Virus record (IMG/VR): IMGVR_UViG_3300023181_000025
Span: 62,001-126,000 of that record
Reading direction: 5' to 3' (one strand)
Length of the DNA: 64,000 bases
Made by a program: the position numbers and the translations under genes. Below the pieces are notes generated by a model. It had not been told where the DNA came from, searched no databases, and saw only the letters and a list, made by a program, of their open reading frames with translations. Positions 48,376-59,279 of this stretch are shown piece by piece (position 1 is the first letter of the stretch; every line of letters starts with the position of its first letter).

Positions 48376-49263
48376 ATGAATAAATTAGATGAACAATACC
48401 AAAGACTTATTTCCCAAATTTTGCTTGAGGGAAGTGAATCTAATGACCGAACGGGGGTTGGAACATTATCTATTGCTGGCGCGCAAATCCGCCATAATAT
48501 GGCGGAAGGCTTTCCGCTTTTGACCGTTAGAAAGGTTCCGTATAGATCTGTTCGAGTAGAATTGGAAGGATTTATTAATGGTATTAATTCTAAAAAATGG
48601 TATCAAGACCGCAATTGTAGCTATTGGAAATCTTGGTGTAACCCACAAAAAGTGCCCTATGGAACCGATGAAGAAACAAAAACTAAAATGTTGGCGGAAG
48701 ATGATTTAGGAATCATTTATGGTAATAATTGGAGAGGTTTCCATGATCCAACGGGGGTGTCTGATGACCCATTTTGCGGCGTCGAAAGCCTTCATGTAGA
48801 TCAGCTTTCTGATTTAGTTAAGACTCTTAAAGCCGACCCAAATAGTCGCCGCATGATGGTTTATGCGTGGAACCCTCTCGCCTTGGATCATGCAGCACTT
48901 CCAGCCTGCCACGACAGTTTTCAAGTAACCGTTACAGAGAACAAACTAAACTTAATTTTTAGAATGCGTTCCTCAGATGCAGTCTTAGGTCTTCCAAGCA
49001 ATTTAGCCTCTTACGGAACACTTCTTCATTTACTCGCAAAAGAAAGCGGATTCCAAGAAGGTTACTTGGTAGCACACCTTGGGGACATTCATATTTATAA
49101 AAACGCCCTTGACGCCGCCCAAGAGTATTTAAAAAGAGAGCCGTTTGAATTGCCGAGAATTTTTACTGAAGGATTCACCAGTATTTTTGACTGGACGCAC
49201 GATCAAACGAAAGCGGTTGACTATAAGGCTCACGATAGAATTAAAGTGGAGGTAGCAGTATGA
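48376..49263 (+). CDS. thyA: thymidylate synthase
   Basis: DRTGVGT, GFPLLT, SRR, ALPACH, RSSD..LG.P.N, D.HIY. Confidence 0.95.
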   Translation: MNKLDEQYQRLISQILLEGSESNDRTGVGTLSIAGAQIRHNMAEGFPLLTVRKVPYRSVRVELEGFINGINSKKWYQDRNCSYWKSWCNPQKVPYGTDEETKTKMLAEDDLGIIYGNNWRGFHDPTGVSDDPFCGVESLHVDQLSDLVKTLKADPNSRRMMVYAWNPLALDHAALPACHDSFQVTVTENKLNLIFRMRSSDAVLGLPSNLASYGTLLHLLAKESGFQEGYLVAHLGDIHIYKNALDAAQEYLKREPFELPRIFTEGFTSIFDWTHDQTKAVDYKAHDRIKVEVAV

Positions 49264-49413
49264 TAGCCACAATAAGAATTAATATGGACGGATATAATTC
49301 CTCGGAAGAGGAAAGGGAAGCCATTAAAATATTTATTGAAGAGCAATTGGATTTTTCTGCTTGCAGTGTCGAGGTAATAGATGTTAAAGTTTCTGAGGAC
49401 GAAATCTATTAAA

Positions 49414-50532
49414 ATGAACTTCATATATAAAAGAGCAAAATCGGGAAAAATCCAAATTTGGGATTGTGTGGTCGCGGGTAATGAATTAAGAACAATCGAG
49501 GGGCTTTTAGGGGGAGCCCTTACGACCTCCGAACCGACAATATGTAAACCCAAAAATATTGGAAAGAAAAACGAAACAAGCGCGGAACAGCAAGCCACCA
49601 TTGAAGCTACCGCCCGTCGCGAGAAAAAGCTTAAGAGTGGGGGATACCATGAAAGCATTGATGAAGTTGATAATCATAAGTATTTTGAGCCAATGCTGGC
49701 AAAAAAGCTTAATGATGAAAAGCATAAGCTAGCGTTTCCGTGTTGGGTTAGTATAAAATTAAATGGAAACCGATGCGTATTAAAGAAAGATGGCGCGTTC
49801 ACACGAAAAGGCGAACGCTATATGACAATTCCACATATTGAAGAGTCATTTAAAGAATTTTTTAATATTTTTCCTGATGCGGTTTTAGACGGAGAGCTTT
49901 TCAACGAAGATCTTAAAGAAAGGCTCAATAATCTTAATAGCATCATTCGCCGGACTACAAATATAACTCCGGAACACCTTAAAAAAAGCGAGGAAATGGT
50001 TAAGTTTTATATTTATGACGGTCTTGGCTTTGGAGCAGATTTATTTCATTATGGAGCAAAACTAGATCAAATACGAAATTTAGCAGGAGAGAACCCTTAC
50101 TTTAGAGAGGTCGAAACCTATCGGGTAAGTGACCTTGATCATATTTATCATTATTACAATAAGTTTATTGAGAGGAATCACGAAGGCGCTATTGTAAGGT
50201 CTTACCATTGTCCTTATAAACATGGCCGCTCATCTGACCTTCTTAAAGTTAAGCCGGAAAATTCTTCCGAGGGCCGGATAACTGCTATTTACGAAGGGAA
50301 AGGAAATTGGGCTGGAGTAGCAAAAACAGCAACATTAGAATGGATTGATGCGGAAGAGGTAACGAGGGTTTTTGATGCAACTTTTAAAGGCTCCCTTGCA
50401 GAGTGTAAGGAAATTCTGGAAAATCCAACTAAGTGGCTTGACAAAGAAGTCACATTCCTTTACAACTCTTTAACCGGACTAGGAGTTCCTAACTTTGCCC
50501 GTATTGACGTGAACAACTGTTTTAAATCTTAA
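49414..50532 (+). CDS. ATP-dependent DNA ligase
   Basis: PMLA, KLNG.R, LDGEL, EG.IVR, RS..LLKVK. Confidence 0.9.
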   Translation: MNFIYKRAKSGKIQIWDCVVAGNELRTIEGLLGGALTTSEPTICKPKNIGKKNETSAEQQATIEATARREKKLKSGGYHESIDEVDNHKYFEPMLAKKLNDEKHKLAFPCWVSIKLNGNRCVLKKDGAFTRKGERYMTIPHIEESFKEFFNIFPDAVLDGELFNEDLKERLNNLNSIIRRTTNITPEHLKKSEEMVKFYIYDGLGFGADLFHYGAKLDQIRNLAGENPYFREVETYRVSDLDHIYHYYNKFIERNHEGAIVRSYHCPYKHGRSSDLLKVKPENSSEGRITAIYEGKGNWAGVAKTATLEWIDAEEVTRVFDATFKGSLAECKEILENPTKWLDKEVTFLYNSLTGLGVPNFARIDVNNCFKS

Positions 50533-50543
50533 CCAATAAAAAC

Positions 50544-51008
50544 ATTAATATTTTTGCTATAGACAATTGCCCCGTGCAAGCAGCGAAACATCATGTTGAC
50601 AAACATTGTGTGAAGCAAATTCTAGAAACGGCGCAGATTTTATGCGCTGCTTTTCATTTGCAGGGAATCGGTGCTCCATATAAACTAACTCATCGGAATC
50701 ATCCAGTTAGCCTTTGGGCGCGAAAATCAAAAGGAAATTTTCTCTGGTCACTGAAGCTGGGCAAGGCTTTATGTGCAGAATACTCTGAACGATACGGGAA
50801 AACTCATAAAACAGAAGATATTCTTAATTGGATTGCGATTAATATGAACAGGCTCGCTTTTGATGAACTTGAACAAACAGCGTTTGCTCAAGCAATGCCC
50901 GAAGAGTTTCGTAACTCCGACCCTATTAAGGCATACAGAAACTATTATAAGGAAGGAAAGAAACACCTTCATCAGTGGAAACAAAATAAACCTTCGTGGA
51001 TTGGATGA
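50544..51008 (+). CDS. pyrimidine-dimer DNA glycosylase-like protein (probable ATT start)
   Basis: (I)NIF.ID..P..AA..H.DKH..K.ILE.AQ.L, TH.NHP...W, QAMP, AYR.YY. Confidence 0.82.
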   Translation: MNIFAIDNCPVQAAKHHVDKHCVKQILETAQILCAAFHLQGIGAPYKLTHRNHPVSLWARKSKGNFLWSLKLGKALCAEYSERYGKTHKTEDILNWIAINMNRLAFDELEQTAFAQAMPEEFRNSDPIKAYRNYYKEGKKHLHQWKQNKPSWIG

Positions 51009-51564
51009 AAAATATCATATCTAAAATATCAGAATTTCTTAATCGCCCGGACCCTGTTTGGGAGCCAATAGAATATAAATATATTCGCAGCGGTTGGGAA
51101 TGGGACGGAGCGCCGGATATTGAATTTTTTTATATTTGGGCGGTTAAAGAAAGAGAATTAAATTCAGGTAAGGAACGTTGGGTTAGGGAAAAGCTACTTA
51201 GCTTTGAGCATGATTTAAGAAGAAAAAGATTGAAAATACAATAAATTTATGAACCTGCAAGAATATATAATTACCAATTGGGCAACCCTTTCAAAATCAA
51301 ATTTTAATGATGATGAGGTTGTTATTTTTAAATGTGATGAAGATTATGATGGTGGATGGGGTCATCATACCTATGCTGGATGGGGAGTAGATCAACACGG
51401 CAATACTGTTTACTGTTACAGTTCTGGTTGTTCTTGTAATGGTTCCGCTTATGTGGAATCCATAAAAGATGTTAAAGTTCTAATTGCTGATAAAGATATT
51501 TCTGAGGTAGAGAGCGCGGATATTAATTTTGAAAGTTTGGTGGTGAATTTTTACGATTATTGAT

Positions 51565-52308
51565 ATGACTAAAGTGGTTAATAGACACCACAACATTCCC
51601 TTTGATTTCTATATTGGGAGAGGAAGCTTTGTAGGAAACAGTTGGAGTCACGATCCACGATACGCCAAAGATCATTTTTTATGTAAAAGTAGAGAAGACT
51701 CAATTAAAGAGTATGGCACGTGGCTAAGACAGGCGTGCGCCTATGAGGAAGAGTTTTGCATTAACGTATTAAAATTAAAAGGGAAAACGCTAGGGTGCTC
51801 GTGTAAGCCTCTAGCTTGCCATGGAGACGTGTTGGCAGAATTTATTGATAGTTATGATTTTTTTCCAGTTAATGAGGGTCGTGACCATATTAATATTTAT
51901 TCTAAATCAAATCAGGAATTAGGTAGATTATTGAGCAATTTTGCGCACACTCCATTTGAGTGTGAAGGATTGAAATTCGCTTCTGTGGAGGGTTATTGGT
52001 ATTGGCTTAAAACCGGACGAAAACATGATGAACTTAGAAATTTCTGGGGAATTGATGCCAAAACTCGCGGAAAGGAATTAGAGGTAATTGAAGTCGAAAA
52101 TTTTAACGAATTGATTCTTGAGGCTATTAGATGTAAATTACGCCAAAATAAAAAGATTCAAAAGCTACTTAAGGATTCCACTTTAGCCTTGACTCATTAT
52201 TACTATTTCGGCAATATTAATGAGCCAAAGATTGTTCGGTTAAATAAATATAATTGGATAGTCGATGAGATTGAAAGAATTAGAAATATCTTACATAAAC
52301 ACACATGA
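51565..52308 (+). CDS. DUF4326 + NADAR-like fusion
   Basis: YIGRGS..GN, LGC.CKP..CHGDVL; then INIYSKS..ELGR.LSNFAH, SVEGYW. Confidence 0.7.
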   Translation: MTKVVNRHHNIPFDFYIGRGSFVGNSWSHDPRYAKDHFLCKSREDSIKEYGTWLRQACAYEEEFCINVLKLKGKTLGCSCKPLACHGDVLAEFIDSYDFFPVNEGRDHINIYSKSNQELGRLLSNFAHTPFECEGLKFASVEGYWYWLKTGRKHDELRNFWGIDAKTRGKELEVIEVENFNELILEAIRCKLRQNKKIQKLLKDSTLALTHYYYFGNINEPKIVRLNKYNWIVDEIERIRNILHKHT

Positions 52309-52610
52309 AAACTCCAGAAGAATTTACCGAATCAGAAGAACATCTACCGGATTTTCTTAGGGATTTTCATAGTCAAAAGGACATCTTTAAAACTATTCAT
52401 TGGTTGTATAGCGGCAAAGACCACGCGAAAGAGATCAGTTGGATTGACGGGCATTGTTATACCATTGATTGGTTTCTTTGGTTTATGGCAAAACATGGTT
52501 ATACCCTTCAAAAATCTCGCAAAAGTAAAGTTTCGTGACCTATATGAGACAATTGAGAAAAGAAAAGACGAAGAAACTAAAGCGTTTAAGAGTATATTAA
52601 ACAAAACAAA

Positions 52611-53093
52611 ATGAAAAGTATAACAGGAGTAGCATGCGTTGACATGAACCATTTTTATGCTGAAAAGGAAGGCGGGCCGCTACCTTGGCCTTCTATTCAA
52701 GCAGATCTTCAGTGGTTCAAATTTTTAACCAATGGAGGGATCGTTGTAGTGGGAGACAATACATACCAAGAGTTGCAAAAACTACCTCCATTGAAAAATC
52801 GGGAAATTTGGCCAGTTGGGAAAAACCATGAACTCAAATGTGTTTCAGACGTTCTTATTAAGTATTCGCAAGAAGAGTCTCGGCCACTCTTTGTGGGCGG
52901 TGGCGGAAGACTTTGGAAGGAATTTTCTGAATGGTATGATTGTTTTTATGTAACTGTTTTAAAAAAGAATTACGTCCATGACGGACGAAGGTTAAATGTT
53001 TATGGAGATTGTCATGAAGTTTTAGAAAAAGAAAATTATACTATATTTAGAGTATCTAATAAAAGCCCAATCCCAATTCAAGTAATCGCTTGA
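52611..53093 (+). CDS. dihydrofolate reductase (divergent)
   Basis: LPW....DL.WFK..T, PL.NR, VGGG. Confidence 0.8.
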   Translation: MKSITGVACVDMNHFYAEKEGGPLPWPSIQADLQWFKFLTNGGIVVVGDNTYQELQKLPPLKNREIWPVGKNHELKCVSDVLIKYSQEESRPLFVGGGGRLWKEFSEWYDCFYVTVLKKNYVHDGRRLNVYGDCHEVLEKENYTIFRVSNKSPIPIQVIA

Positions 53094-53411
53094 CAAAAAT
53101 AGTCTTAAATGATAAAACAAATAATCATGAATGCAAAGTATTTTCCTCTTTTACTAATTGGTTTTATGGCGGGATGTCTAAACGAACCATCTCCCCAAAA
53201 GAAACCCGTGGGCTATAGTTCAAAAAGCTCTAAAGACGCCCTTGTTGAAATTCTTATCCCTCCGGGAGATCCACTTGATCGTCCCGAAGGATCAATATTT
53301 TTTACCCCAATGACGGTTCCAGATGTTATTTCTTTACCTCCAATTACAGATTCTGATTTTTGTCCAAAAAAATAAATTGACATTCAAATACAAATATACT
53401 ACAAAAGAACA

Positions 53412-54200
53412 ATGAAAACACTACTACTCGCCGCTTCCCTCCTAACATCTAATGCCTTTTCCCAAAATGCAGTTATTCTTAATGATGCTGTAACATATGG
53501 CGGCCATAGCGATGGAGGGGTATACGTTAAAGGGAATTGGTATGGGACCAATTATGAAGCCAACCAACACTCTATTGGACTTATTTCGATTTTTCTTGGG
53601 GGAAACAATCTAACCTCTAATTTTCTAAGAGCAAATAATGGGGCCTCTGAAATTGTAGGGACTAAAGGAACTTTTTATGGTCCGCAAATGGATTTTGAAG
53701 AACCTGATTTTGATTACTTTGCCGGGCTTTCTAACTCATATACTTTGCTAGGGGGAGGATCGGCTAACCTTAGCGCAATGAACAATGTCACACTTGCTCT
53801 AAATGGACCCCTTACAATTTATAAGATTCAATCGTCCCAATTGTCTGGGATGAAAACACTTGACTTTACTGGTCAAGGAGGGGTGGTTGTATTTAATGTT
53901 ACCGGAAATCTTTCCAGTTGGGGCTGGTCAGTAAATTATGATCCTTCCAAGATTGTGTGGAACTTTATTGATGCAACTACAATTAATATTGATCAAAGGC
54001 AATTTACCGGATCTTTAATCGCTCCAAATGCAAACGTCACCCAAAGCCAAAATATTAATGGAACCCTTATTGCTTCTGATTGGCAGGTAAATAATTCTGT
54101 AGAACTTCATAGTTACCCCCTTCCTTCGGTCCCCGAACCTTCGGTTTTTGGATTGGCTATTGTTGGCGGCTTGGTTACTTGTGGAAAGCGTAGGCGGTAA
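53412..54200 (+). CDS. choice-of-anchor A domain protein with PEP-CTERM sorting signal
   Basis: signal peptide; VVFNV.G, IVWNF..AT, GSLIAPNA, INGTLIA, ELH; VPEPS-TM-KRRR. Confidence 0.85.
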   Translation: MKTLLLAASLLTSNAFSQNAVILNDAVTYGGHSDGGVYVKGNWYGTNYEANQHSIGLISIFLGGNNLTSNFLRANNGASEIVGTKGTFYGPQMDFEEPDFDYFAGLSNSYTLLGGGSANLSAMNNVTLALNGPLTIYKIQSSQLSGMKTLDFTGQGGVVVFNVTGNLSSWGWSVNYDPSKIVWNFIDATTINIDQRQFTGSLIAPNANVTQSQNINGTLIASDWQVNNSVELHSYPLPSVPEPSVFGLAIVGGLVTCGKRRR

Positions 54201-54414
54201 TATGATAGAATATTATACAGACGGGACGGCGTGGGTTGCCTGCACAAAAGAACGCCCTCAATTAGCAAGAACCGTAAGGATCGACCAAATTGTTTGCCGG
54301 GTTTATCATCCCGAAGCCGTTGATTTAGATGATGGAAGCGAAGTATACGAAGGTGACAGTCATTATAGATGTCCAAATTGTAAAAAAGATTGGTGGGTAG
54401 AAAGGGATGGCTAA

Positions 54415-54918
54415 ATGAGATTTAATAATGAAGTGTCGCATAAAAGACTTTTAGAGGTTTTAGATTATAATAAGAATACCGGATATTTTTATTGGAAAGT
54501 GTTTAGAAATCAAAAGTCTCGAATTGGGGATAAAGCTGGGTTATTAAGTAGCGAAGGATATATAAGAATAAAAATTGATGGTGTTTCTTATTCTGCGCAT
54601 AGATTGGCTTGGTTGTATATTTATGAAAAGTGGCCAGAACATATTCTAGACCATAAAAATAACATAAGAACAGACAATAGAATTAAAAATCTTAGAGAAG
54701 CCGATTTTTCAAAAAATACTTGTAATTCTAATATTCGATCAGATTCTTCTTCCGGTTTTAAAGGAATAAATTGGGACAAAGACTCAGGAAAATGGAGGGC
54801 GAGGATTTGGTTACAGGGGAAGGCGATATGGTCAAAAAGATTTGATATTTTAGAGGAGGCCAAAATAGAGATAGAAAAACAAAGGAAAATTTTACACAAG
54901 GAATTCGCAAAATCATGA
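54415..54918 (+). CDS. HNH (+AP2) homing endonuclease
   Basis: AHRLAWLY, DHKN...DNR..NLREA, SG.KG, KWRA.I. Confidence 0.9.
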   Translation: MRFNNEVSHKRLLEVLDYNKNTGYFYWKVFRNQKSRIGDKAGLLSSEGYIRIKIDGVSYSAHRLAWLYIYEKWPEHILDHKNNIRTDNRIKNLREADFSKNTCNSNIRSDSSSGFKGINWDKDSGKWRARIWLQGKAIWSKRFDILEEAKIEIEKQRKILHKEFAKS

Positions 54919-55403
54919 TAGTGGCATTTACCGGCCATCGGCCAAACAAACTCTACAAGGCTTACGAAAAAGAAGGGATAATTTTAATTCGAGATGTTTT
55001 TATCGAAGATCTAAAAACACTTAAGCCAGATAAAATAATATCTGGAATGGCCCTTGGCGCAGATACCGCAGGAGCGGCAGCGGCAATTAAAATGGGAATC
55101 CCTCTAGCGGCGTATGTCCCTTTTATTGGACAGGAAAAATTGTGGCCTCAAAAATCTCAAGATACTTTCAATAAAATATTGGACAAAGCTTCAGAGGTTG
55201 TTATTGTTTCCGAGGGTGGATATTCTCCAGCAAAAATGCAAATCAGAAACATTAAAATGACGGACGATTGTGATGTCTTATTGGCGCTTTGGAACGGAAG
55301 CTCGGGAGGAACGGCAAATTGTGTAAAATATGCAGAAAAAGTCGGCAAAACTATTGTTAATTGTTGGGAACAATATCAAATTCACTTAATAAGTCACCAA
55401 TAA
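54915..55403 (+). CDS. SLOG/YspA-family protein
   Basis: AFTGHRP, SGMALG.D, RN..M.D, GGTAN.V.YA. Confidence 0.88.
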   Translation: MIVAFTGHRPNKLYKAYEKEGIILIRDVFIEDLKTLKPDKIISGMALGADTAGAAAAIKMGIPLAAYVPFIGQEKLWPQKSQDTFNKILDKASEVVIVSEGGYSPAKMQIRNIKMTDDCDVLLALWNGSSGGTANCVKYAEKVGKTIVNCWEQYQIHLISHQ

Positions 55404-55461
55404 AAAAATAAACATTTTGAAGTTGCGGAAATTATAAGAGTCTTTGTTGATAAAAATATTT

Positions 55462-56475
55462 ATGAAATTATTAACACGCGACCAGTTTAGAGAAGGGTGT
55501 CTTGAAAGAGACAGTCATAAGTGCGTTATTTGTGGAGAAACGAAAAATCTTTCTGTCCATCATATTATAGAGCGGCGGTTATTCTCTGATGGCGGATACT
55601 ATCTTTCTAATGGATCTACACTTTGTGAGCCTCATCATATTCAGGCGGAAAAAACAGAGTTAAGTTGCGAAATAATTAGAGAGGCTTGTAATATTACGAA
55701 AATATGCTTGCCTGAAGATTATTACCCCGACCATCAATACACGAAATGGGGAGACGTTATATTGCCAAATAAACAGCGCATGAAAGGACCGCTTTTTTAC
55801 GATGAAAGCGTTCAAAAGATTCTTAAAGATCATTTTTCGCTTTATACGGATTACGTTAAGTATCCTAGATCATGGCATCTTTTATGGAGTCAAGGGAAAA
55901 CAAAGGATGACCGGGTTCTTCCCGATTGCTCTCAATTTGAAGGTAAGGAAATTGTTGTAACCGAGAAACTTGACGGGGAAAATACAAGTATCTACCACGA
56001 TTATATTCATGCCCGTTCTATTGACGGTCGAAACCATTGGAGCCGTGATTGGGTAAAAAATCTACAGGCTAGGGTTGGGTATCAGCTTGATCCCGGCTGG
56101 AGGATTTGCGGCGAAAATCTTTTTGCCAAACATTCCATTGGTTATGATAATCTGAAATCGTTTTTTTATGTGTTTAGCATCTGGAACGACAGGAATGAAT
56201 GCCTTAGTTGGGATGAAACGGTCGAGTATTGCTCTATATTAGAGCTTCAACACGTCCCGGTGCTATACCGGGGACTATGGGACGAAAGAAAGGTCAAAGC
56301 CCTTTATGATGAATCTAAACGCGAAACGATGGAGGGATATGTTGTAAGAATCGCGGACGGATTCAAATATGGAGAATTTAATAAATCATTGGCTAAGTTT
56401 GTGCGCAAGGACCACATAAACCCAGATAGCCATCATTGGTTCTTCACGGCTAGTGAAAAAAACAAATTACAATAA
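55462..56475 (+). CDS. HNH-fused RNA ligase
   Basis: RD..CVIC...HHI.ER; KYPR..HL, TEKLDGEN, GEN..AKHSI, EG.V.R. Confidence 0.88.
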   Translation: MKLLTRDQFREGCLERDSHKCVICGETKNLSVHHIIERRLFSDGGYYLSNGSTLCEPHHIQAEKTELSCEIIREACNITKICLPEDYYPDHQYTKWGDVILPNKQRMKGPLFYDESVQKILKDHFSLYTDYVKYPRSWHLLWSQGKTKDDRVLPDCSQFEGKEIVVTEKLDGENTSIYHDYIHARSIDGRNHWSRDWVKNLQARVGYQLDPGWRICGENLFAKHSIGYDNLKSFFYVFSIWNDRNECLSWDETVEYCSILELQHVPVLYRGLWDERKVKALYDESKRETMEGYVVRIADGFKYGEFNKSLAKFVRKDHINPDSHHWFFTASEKNKLQ

Positions 56476-56871
56476 TGTATTAATATGAAATTAGAAGAAT
56501 TAATTAAATTTGCGCCGCAAGAAAAACAAAAGGCCCTTCAAAAGGAATTGGATGAGCTTTACGATCGCGATTTTAAACTAAACTGTTTGGAAAATGGAGG
56601 GGTAGATAATTGGCAGTGGTATTCGGAGAGTCTTGAAGAATACTGGGAAAGCAAAAAGGGGGAAGAAAATTGAAACTTAAAAATATAAATAAACTTAGCA
56701 AAATTGGGGTAAGTAATTTTTTATTTGAATTATTTGATGGATTAATTAATGCCCGTCAATCAATGGACGAGGATTCAATGAAAGATCTGGCGAAAATAAT
56801 GATTGCTAATTTGGATGACTTGGATGAAGATGACTTCTTTGGAACCGAGGGTTGGAGACATACTATTTTAG

Positions 56872-57906
56872 GTGAAGACTGATTTGTCATATAGGTGGAT
56901 AGAGACATGCCCACGCCGTGAAATTACTTATGGAGAGCCCGAATGGGTTGGTAACCATAAGGTTGAATTTCATGACCGCATGTCTCACTATTTTCCGGCC
57001 AAGGGCGTTCTTTTTTTAAAGGATGCTTTTTTGTATGGGTCTCAGGGCGTGGTTAGATCGAAAGAGGGGAAATCAAAGTCTTTTTTGCCTATTTTATGGC
57101 CATCTCAATATGAAACCAAATTTAAATATTTTGAAAAGCCCCACAATACTGAGAGCCTCTCAGGAAATGTAGCGGCTATTTTTTCGCCTTGGGCGCAAAC
57201 AAACTATTGTCATTTTGTGTTGGATTGTTTAAGTCGCCTTAAAACATTAAGAGATGCGGGATTCGATGACAAAGATATAAGTAAATATATACTTCCAATC
57301 CCGCCATCAGGTTTCTGCAATGAACTGGTGAGAAGGACAGATATTGATCAATCAAAAATTATATGGGCCAAGGACCACGATTTATTTGTATGTGAGAATT
57401 TAATAGTCCCGTCTTATCCCGGATCGGCAAGAACATATGATGACACTATTAAATATATTCACTCGTTACGAGAAAATAATTTTGACTTAAACAAAAAAAG
57501 GAGAATTTATATTGAGAGAGGCAAGAGCAAAAGAAAAATACTTAACAATTCTCAAATCTATGACGTGTTGGACAAATACAATTTCGAGATTTTTGACGAA
57601 CGAAGTTTTGAAAAGGCGGACAAAATTTTTGCTGAAGCTAATTTAATTGTTGGGGCGCATGGAGCAGGTATGGCCAATCTGATTTTTTGTCAGCCACATA
57701 CTAAAGTTTTTGAGATTATGCCTTCATCTTGGCCAACTCCATTTTTCTTTTCTCTTTCAAAAGTTTTGAATTTAGATTATAGTTGCATGTTGGGAATAAG
57801 CGAAGGAAATATTTTCAACGATGTCAATAGCTGTAATGCCAATATGACTATTGAGATTCCCGTTTTCGAGAAGCAAATAGAGCGATTAGTCTTGACAAGT
57901 GAATAA
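56872..57906 (+). CDS. glycosyltransferase family 61
   Basis: NY.HF, IYI.R....R...N, F..A..IVGAHGAGMAN..FC. Confidence 0.85.
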   Translation: MKTDLSYRWIETCPRREITYGEPEWVGNHKVEFHDRMSHYFPAKGVLFLKDAFLYGSQGVVRSKEGKSKSFLPILWPSQYETKFKYFEKPHNTESLSGNVAAIFSPWAQTNYCHFVLDCLSRLKTLRDAGFDDKDISKYILPIPPSGFCNELVRRTDIDQSKIIWAKDHDLFVCENLIVPSYPGSARTYDDTIKYIHSLRENNFDLNKKRRIYIERGKSKRKILNNSQIYDVLDKYNFEIFDERSFEKADKIFAEANLIVGAHGAGMANLIFCQPHTKVFEIMPSSWPTPFFFSLSKVLNLDYSCMLGISEGNIFNDVNSCNANMTIEIPVFEKQIERLVLTSE

Positions 57907-57926
57907 AGTTTGGTAAAGTCTTCGTT

Positions 57927-59279
57927 ATGAAGCTATCAAAATCAAAAGATCATGACGTTAATTACCTAGCTGCGGTAATTGAAATTGAATCAATTCAAGA
58001 ACACCCAAACGCTGAAAAGCTCCAAATTATTGAGGTTTTTGGAGGAAATGTAATTATTGGAAAAGGTAGTTATTCAGTGGGGCAAAAGGTAGTTTATTTC
58101 CCGATTGAAACAAGCATTGAGCCTGAGTTCCTTAGTTGGGCGAATCTCTTTAGCGACCCAAACCTAAACAAGGACGAAAAGAGCAAGGGTTTCTTTGAAG
58201 CGAAGGGAACTAGAGTAAAACCAATTCGTTTGCGCGGAATCCCCAGCGAAGGGTTCGTTTATCCCGTCGATAAACTTGCTGAATTTTATGGAGCTAAAGA
58301 AAGTGATTTTAAAGTTGGCGAAACCTTTGACGAGGTTGGCGGCAAATCTTTGGTAAAGAAATGGGTCAGAAACACAACTGTTTCCCAAGTTCAAAGTGTA
58401 AAAGTAAAACTTCCTAAGTGGCTGGAAAAATTTCCCCGTCCCATTAGAAAATTTATTGGACAGAAGCTTTATAATCGCAAGGATGAGGGTGTAAAAGCTT
58501 CTATTGTTCCGGGACAATTTCAATTCCATTATTCTACGCCTCAGCTCTCTAGAACTTTCTTTGTATTGTCGCCGGAGGATGAAATTACAGCGTCTTGGAA
58601 ACTACACGGAACTTCTGCCGTTTTCTGCAATATTCTTGCCTATGAAAAACAGGGAATTATCGAAAAAGTGTTTAAGCGCAGTAAAAAGAAGGGGTATAAG
58701 TTCTTTTATGCTTCAAGGTCTGTCTTAAAGACTCGCAAGGACGAAACTTGGACAGATGATGTTTGGGGAAAGCATGCAAAAGAAGTTTACGAACGCGGCA
58801 TTCCTGAAGGAATTACAATCTTTGGAGAGCTGGTTGGCTACTCTTCGGCTCAAAAGCAAATTCAAAAAAAATATGATTACGGTTGCTCGGTTGGCCAAAG
58901 TGAATTGTATGTTTATCGTATCACTCATACGGATAAATTCAGTCAAGTCAGAGAACTTTCTTTTCCTGAAATTCAGGAATTTTGCGAAACCTTTGACTTA
59001 AAAACGGTCCCAGTTATTTACCAAGGAAAAGCAAAAGATTTGTTCCCGGAAATTCCAATTGACGAGAACTGGAGCAAAGCATTCGTTGAAAAACTTTCAG
59101 AAAATTACCTTGAAAAGGATTGCGAATTCTGCAAGAATAAAGTTCCAGCAGAAGGGGTTGTTGTAAAAATTGACAGTAAAGAAAATAAGCCCGTCTTTAA
59201 ACACAAAAGTGTCGCCTTTAAATTTCTTGAGAGCAAAGAAAGAGATAGCGGAGAAAGTAACATCGAAGAAGAATCATGA
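57927..59279 (+). CDS. RNA ligase with N-terminal OB domain (DRB0094-like)
   Basis: HPNA.KL, VVYF, IRLRG..SEG, KLHGTS, GELVG, EGVV. Confidence 0.85.
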   Translation: MKLSKSKDHDVNYLAAVIEIESIQEHPNAEKLQIIEVFGGNVIIGKGSYSVGQKVVYFPIETSIEPEFLSWANLFSDPNLNKDEKSKGFFEAKGTRVKPIRLRGIPSEGFVYPVDKLAEFYGAKESDFKVGETFDEVGGKSLVKKWVRNTTVSQVQSVKVKLPKWLEKFPRPIRKFIGQKLYNRKDEGVKASIVPGQFQFHYSTPQLSRTFFVLSPEDEITASWKLHGTSAVFCNILAYEKQGIIEKVFKRSKKKGYKFFYASRSVLKTRKDETWTDDVWGKHAKEVYERGIPEGITIFGELVGYSSAQKQIQKKYDYGCSVGQSELYVYRITHTDKFSQVRELSFPEIQEFCETFDLKTVPVIYQGKAKDLFPEIPIDENWSKAFVEKLSENYLEKDCEFCKNKVPAEGVVVKIDSKENKPVFKHKSVAFKFLESKERDSGESNIEEES

